Source of the DNA: Phoronis australis
Taxonomy: Eukaryota; Animalia; Phoronida
Reading direction: 5' to 3'
DNA: 64,000 bases
Assembly (NCBI GenBank): GCA_002633005.1
Contig: NMRA01000164.1
Location: 558,489 to 622,488 of the forward strand
Every line of letters begins with the position of its first letter. The first letter of the stretch is position 1. Under the pieces are notes generated by a model, which was given only the letters and a program-made list of their open reading frames with translations, searched no databases and was not told the DNA's origin. A program made the translations under genes and the position numbers. Below are positions 58,159-64,000 of this stretch, piece after piece.

Positions 58159-61100
58159 AGCTATGGCTCCCCACTTTTTTCAGTGCTACGCTGCACGTGG
58201 TCTACAGGCGGTGCACCACAGGGGGGCTGAGGGGTCTTTAGCCCCCCACTTTTTTAAGTGCTGCGCCGCCCATGTTTATGTGCCCAATAGCGATTTTTGG
58301 CACATTCTCTGTAATCCAGTTTTATTTTTCTCTCAAGACAGAACTTTGCTCATGTGGTGTAAATGACTGAAAGAGGTATAAGTAAATAGACGGACTCGTA
58401 TGTTTTAAGACTATTTCTGTCCAAGCGTTTCAGTCACCTGCCTCACTAAATGAATTAGCTTTTCTACAGATCAACCTATTTTACACACACATCATTGTAG
58501 GCGACAATATTAAAAATGCTGCGAACGTGTTATTTTGTAGAACTTCCTCACGACACTAGACGTGCTAGTCAAGCGATTAGAGCCTTGTCGATTCATGCAT
58601 GGGACGTCTGCCTATAAGAAGGTAGTTTTGAGCACGTGTTGGCTTGTAACACATGGCGATATCTCGCGAAAAATTGTGATCTCTTTTCTGGTAAAAAGTA
58701 GAATAAATGCTTGCAGGAACTAGATGGTCCCAATCTCTTCTGACTCTCGATCAGTTAAAAGGCAGCTCGCAGCGTAACTTAAGAACGAAGACTGAGCTCT
58801 CACACGAGTTGTCGCCCCAACTGTATACTCTGTCATTACAACGTAGCAACACTCGGCAACAGCGGCACCTAATAGGTCACTTTCCGCAGAGCCAAGTGTG
58901 CAGTGGGCCTACTGCGATAACCCAATCCTATACAGTTGTCTTCGTTTAATATTGCTCAAATACGTATGACTGTTCAGAACTTGTTAGACTTTGAATAATT
59001 GATCATATGCGGAGTAATAAACTAACAATTAAACGATAGTTCAAGAGACGTAATATTCTTCACAGCCTTTTTATGCGCCACCATATTATATGCGGGTGCA
59101 TGTTGCTGTCATTGACGACGGATCGACTAGGAAATTCGAACCTATCTGTCAACGGGTGTGCCCCCTAGTGGTAATTTAGTTTTTTACGTTTACCTCTGTG
59201 TCTTCGGAGGCCTTCAATGGATTTTCATAAAATTTTGCCCGTTTTCGGATGGATTCGAGGTATTTTGCGCCCTAGTGCCAGGCCATTTTTTTTACTGTTT
59301 TCGAGTCTGTTTTTTGGCGCCCGGTCCTCTGACAACCAAATCACTCTCTGACGGCGATTGTGAAAATTGCCTGGTATATATGTTCTTCATGATACTGTGA
59401 AGAGGGTGGGTGATGTTGTATCTCCTCAGTAAACGCTTTGCGGGTTCTTTGTTAAGTTTAGCAAATATATTTATAAAAGTTACAACATATGGCGACGACT
59501 TTCGGACGGATCGGATTATCGCTGTGCCCTCTAGTGGCATTTTCAGTTTTTTTGCGTTTACCTCTGTATCTTCAAAGGTCCTCCCCTTTTCGAATTGATT
59601 CGAGATATTTTGCGCCACCTAGTAGCCATTTTTACTGTTTTTTGGCGTCCGCCTCTCTGTCAACTGAACCCTACTATGAAGATGATTGTAGAAATTGGTA
59701 TGTATCTTCCAACCGACATGATATTTTGCCGACCTCAAATACTCTGGCCTCTCCTATTGGCAAATTGGTTTTCAAGCCCATTGCTGTATCTCTTGAATCC
59801 TCTGCAGGATCTTTATTAAATTTAGCAAGTGTTTTTATACGAAGGTGACAACGGACGACGATGACTTTCAGACGGATCCGACGAACGCTGTGTTCCCTAT
59901 AGTAGCAATTTCATTTTTCCGTTTTCTCTGAAGCTCCTGGGAAAACTGATAAATAGCTTTCTATTGAAACCATAACACGTTCCTCTTTTCGGATCGATTA
60001 GACGTCTTTTACGCCATCTAGTGGTCATTTTCACTGTTTTCTGGCCCGCTTTTGTCGTCCGACCCTCTACCAACCAAACGACTCTATGGATGATAGTGGA
60101 AATTGGCATACATGCTCTCAGTATGAAAAAAATGGTTGACGATGTTTTTCCGACGACTTTGGCTACTGTTGCGCCTCCTAGAGGTAGTTAAGTTTTTTGC
60201 GCCCATGGTTATCTATTGGCAATTTCATTTTTCCGTTTTCCCCTGTTTTTCTGAAGTTCCGTGACAGATTTTTATGAAATTTGGTAAATAGATTTCTTTT
60301 AAATTAATTATGACATGTTTCCGTTTTCGGATGGATTCGACATATTTTCCGCCATCTAGTAGCTTTTTTATGATACAAATAACACCCCGAGATGCACTCC
60401 ATTTACGATGCATTCGTGGGCGCATTTCAGTGCTACGCGTTGCTCATGTTATTGATGCGAGCGTAAGCGACATCCAAGAAGCCTGTCACTTCACGTGGCG
60501 TTTCCATGTCAGGAAGTCAATGATGTCCGAAACCTGACTATTTTGGCGTACACCAAAGAACTAGATGGTTTAATCGAAGCGAACAGCGTGCTGACGGCCG
60601 GAAATTTGATCGTTGGAACACAACCTCAGATCCTCCCTTACCACCGAAAGATAAATTTATCTATAATTGAGAACGATGAGGTGGTTTTCAATACCAACGT
60701 TTTTAACTCCTAATTGTTACTATAAATTTCTTTACACGCTAGTAAGTGTTAATTGTGCACTTCTGCTCAGAAACATTTCACGTGTTACATGTTTCCGTGA
60801 AACATGAGGCGACGAATTAATGGACGAACTACTAATCGCTGCATCATGACGCACCTTGCCCTTCCGTTATCAAAACATTGAATTTCAGTGGCTAAATAGT
60901 GTCAGTGACAGCGAAGTTCGTTTCAGAATCTACGGGACGGAATAAGTTTGGTTGATCGCCATTTATTATCGAGCAATCTCCTAATTGATGGGTTCGTTGT
61001 AACAGGACTTTTTTACAATATACCGGTACTTGACTAGCAAAGCTGCCGTCGAAGCGGCATAATTAGGATACTGTTCAACAATTGTAGCCTACCAAACTTA

Positions 61101-63588
61101 CCTGGTTTACAAAATCCACAAGTCTGAGGGCATCTGATCTGCATATCCGTACTGAACCTGCAGCTCACGTTACCGAGTACCTTGCATCGTTGAACGTAAG
61201 AATCACAGCAAGCTGTAACGTTTACATCATTTTATGTCATTGCAAGATTGATTAACTGGAAAATATTGTCCAATTCTTCAGGATAATATTTTCCTATTTT
61301 TAGAATTCAAAAACCTAACCACGTGTATTTTTCGCGAGCTATTCAAGCATGATATTTAAAAAATCGAAAGTAACGAAAATTTTGAAAAAATACTATAGTT
61401 GCCCCTTAGCCTGCTTATGGTGGCCTGAGAAGGATACCATGATCAGCAGCCGTTCCCAAATTTCATTTTTGCTTAAAATGTTCCTAAAATTCAAATTTAT
61501 AATTTTTTCAAAAAAAAAAATCATGACTTTCCTCCAAAAATTTTCAACCTCAAGACCTGCTACTGCTTATTTACGTCTATCGAACGGGACTCACAAATGT
61601 TTTTGTGATAATCAAATTACCGATTTCAACGTTCAGTTACAATTCATACGCAGATACCATAAGATGAAATTGGAGATAACCATTCCATGGACCTGTTTTA
61701 TGATGATTTAGACTAAAATTTGGTCATGCATGTGCTCCAACTTTTCACGAGGGCGTCAAAGTCCAGGAATAATTTATAGAAATTATCCGTAAGGAGCAGC
61801 TACATGCGTATTCTCAGACAATGGACTTTCGTACGAGTGAGATTTGCCAGAAATAGTTGTGTAGAGCGGAATACCAAATTTCAGACTGAATTTACAAGTC
61901 AATTTTCAGGAAGAAGACCCCTGGTGTGATTAAAGGAGTCTGACAACTGACAGCGGCACAGAACTTATTACCTTTAGTAGCACGTGGTCTGTCTGCAGTC
62001 GAGGGTGTGCTCCCTGTAACAACAACAATGAACTCTGTACGAGGGCACGGCTGGATTTTAGATTTCGAAAATGCAACTTTTGAAATAACAAATGCATTTA
62101 CGTTATGAATTGGCCACCATATTCTTGTCCACAGGCTGAAACAAATTTCAAGGCATCTGATCAAATAGAAAAAAAAATTGAATGTCCAATGCGTATTTGC
62201 ACTTGACACGAAGCACATATTTTATGACCACAGACGATTACAAGCACAATCAGACAGGCTATGCAGACCGTAGTGGCATATCAGATATGGTCTACTAATG
62301 GAAAACATCTTGTCCAGTTTTGTTCTGGAAGCCATTCGGGCCCGCTCACATGTGCATTTTCATGTGTGAAAAAATGTACAGTGTCAACCGACCGACTGAA
62401 ATTTGGTCGTGTAAGCGCTTCCACTTCACAATTTCATAATCAAGGTTTAACCACAGAACTCTATCCCTGGGTAGATTCAGTAACGCCAAGACCTCACTAG
62501 GACCTTTTTAGAAAAGCAAGACTTCACGAGATTACGCGAGATTTGTATTTTAAACGAGTCAGAACGTGGTTTTTGCGAGATTTTTCTAGTCCCAAACTGC
62601 TACTGAACTCTACCCAGGGCTAGGGTTGTATGGTTTAACCAAATAATTATGAGGCCAGTACAGTAGAGAAATAATTTTTAGAAATTATCTCAGTAAGGTG
62701 CAATTATGTGCGTATTCTCGGAGATTTTGGACTTTCGAACGAGTTAGCTTTATCAAAGATAGTTGTGTCGACCAGATTTCTGATTTAATTTTTAAGTCAC
62801 GTTTAATGAAACAGACCTCTGTTGACATTAAATGACTTCACCAACTGACAACAGTACATAAGTGGAGTCTCCAGCAGTTGGGAGTATGTATCCTGAAACA
62901 ACGCTCAACTCAGTACGAGGACTCAGCAGGATTTTGCCGGATTTAAAAACACAATGCAACTTTTGAAATAACAAATTCATAAATTGACCACCGTGTTATT
63001 GCCTACTAATTGCCACAAAATTCAAACTATTAAGAAAAATCTGTTTTTTTTCTGGTTAAATAGATGAATAAGTATTCCCGAACCCCGAAAGTGTTGAACG
63101 ATGTAGATATATCTAGAGGTTAAAACTGCTTAGGTGAGACGCCAATTGTCTTTCTCTCCTATTTTCGCTTGCATGTCCATCTCAAGCCTCCGTAGCAAAA
63201 AAATCCTTACGGACGCCGGGTTGTGAACACCACACGAACGTCAATTTTTTAACAATTCTGAGATGTCTCTTCAAGGGAGTCGTATGGAGATCCAGCGTTC
63301 GTAGACCGGTTGCTATTAGGCCTGCACGTGAATTGGCCAATGTGAAACAAGGAAACAGTGATAAAAAGACTGTAACAGTTGTACATTATACTTCAAATGA
63401 AAGCCCTTGAGCTGCTCTATAGCCGATATATCAAACGTCTACTAAGAATATCGAATTAGTGACACCCTTTTCCTCAACACTCGATAGTATAGCTTTGTGA
63501 TTTGTGCACAGTCGAAAAGAAATACAAAAAGTTACATAGTACTCACCATACGTGATTCTTGGTTTTTCGGTAGCTTTTGTAGTTTGTT
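57132..63588 (-). CDS. 3' end of a ShKT (ShK toxin-like) domain protein: Thr-rich linker plus two ShKT domains; 5' part probably beyond the window
   Basis: Phase-1 exons 63588-63547 (QTTKATEKPRITY), 61212-61102 (CCDSYVQRCKVLGNVSCRFSTDMQIRCPQTCGFCKP) and 57259-57132 (CKDKSDRCTKLKDKCTDYHSTESMRYHCAATCNFCKVCRTQ*). Six-Cys spacing with M-x3-C-x2-TC-x-FC; canonical splice sites. Exon connectivity is inferred. Confidence 0.75.
58121..58274. mobile_element. MITE with 5-bp duplication (hAT5-like)
   Basis: TTTAT|CATGGGCGGCGCA...TGCGCCGCCCATG|TTTAT. Confidence 0.75.
59068..60451 (-). mobile_element. Helentron-associated element (HINE-like), copy 2, with expanded internal repeats (~365-bp period)
   Basis: Reverse complement of the 20737-21555 ends (TTTTTATGCGCC hairpin; GTGGGCGCATTTCA...CGTTGCT); more internal units. 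Confidence 0.75.
61770..62990. repeat. Diverged direct-repeat pair (~61770-62100 and ~62670-62990)
   Basis: Shared blocks TAGAAATTATC..GTAAGG, TGCGTATTCTC, GGACTTTCG, CAACTGACA, AATGCAACTTTTGAAATAACAAAT. Confidence 0.65.
62462..62622. mobile_element. MITE with CCCTGGGTAGA...TCTACCCAGGG ends, TA-flanked
   Basis: CCCTGGGTAGATTCAGTA versus reverse complement CCCTGGGTAGAGTTCAGTA. Confidence 0.7.
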
Positions 63589-63669
63589 CTAAATTAAATA
63601 ATAGACATTTTTATGAAATTGCCAAATGATGCAAAACAGACATTGCAAGTTAAACCCGTTATAACCGTC

Positions 63670-63905
63670 TAATCCAAGTTTACAATTAGTTACCCCATCA
63701 TTAAGGCTAAAAGTTCAGATCTGAACTTGAAATTTCTAGTTTTTACTAGAAATTTAGATTGTTAGCATGAATCTTAGGGTCATCAAATTCGAACTTGAAC
63801 TAGAAATTTAGATTGTTAGCATGAATCTTAGGGTCATCAAATGCGAACTTGAACTAGAAACTCATTTGCATCATAAATTATAAACTCGAACACACTTACC
63901 ATAAG
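63670..63905 (+). repeat. Internal fragment related to the 582-983 MITE, containing a 54-bp tandem duplication
   Basis: GAACTTGAAATTTCTAGTTTTTACT and AACTTGAACTAGAAACTC match ~774-853; unit ACTAGAAATTTAGATTGTTAGCATGAATCTTAGGGTCATCAAAT(T/G)CGAACTTGA occurs twice. Confidence 0.6.
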
Positions 63906-64000
63906 CTTGCACAAAATTAGACCGGACAATAAGAAAAATAATGTGGATTTCGATTTTGAGAAGAAATTTACATCCTGACAGCTACTGTCGATCGACTGGT

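Noticed and set aside
61892-62218. THAP-domain ORF (KFCAAVSC...GVFF)
   Set aside because: Stops early, lacks the C-x2-H ligand pair, and the second repeat copy does not keep the frame.

Overview
AT-rich, intron-rich genomic DNA from an animal, most likely a marine invertebrate bilaterian; it is not prokaryotic, so most entries in the ORF track are exon fragments or noise. Genes reconstructed by hand from GT-AG splice sites and reading-frame continuity: (1) the last 10 exons of ZC3H18 (+, 320-6456); (2) MRPL36/bL36m (+, single coding exon 12789-13226); (3) an uncharacterised 380-aa coiled-coil protein with five RPxS[AG] motifs (-, 9 coding exons, 27953-17325); (4) complete 18-exon BOP1 (+, 35809-54126), apparently sharing a bidirectional promoter with gene 3; (5) the 3' end of a gene with tandem ShKT (ShK-toxin-like) domains (-, 63588-57132) that the ORF track misses. 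Introns and intergenic DNA carry many non-autonomous elements (Harbinger-, hAT-, TcMar-, P- and Kolobok-like MITEs, plus two Helentron-type HINEs with CTCF-like motifs). The two most unusual signals: (a) one ~0.8-1.0 kb repeat family sits in sense orientation about 160-240 bp downstream of the first splice donor of three neighbouring genes; (b) one copy of it is split at a TA by a 5.5-kb composite insertion with 1.3-kb inverted arms, interleaved terminal repeats, a hairpin repeat array and a Spin/Ssty Tudor-like cargo exon. All calls come from reading the sequence; no searches or alignments were run.
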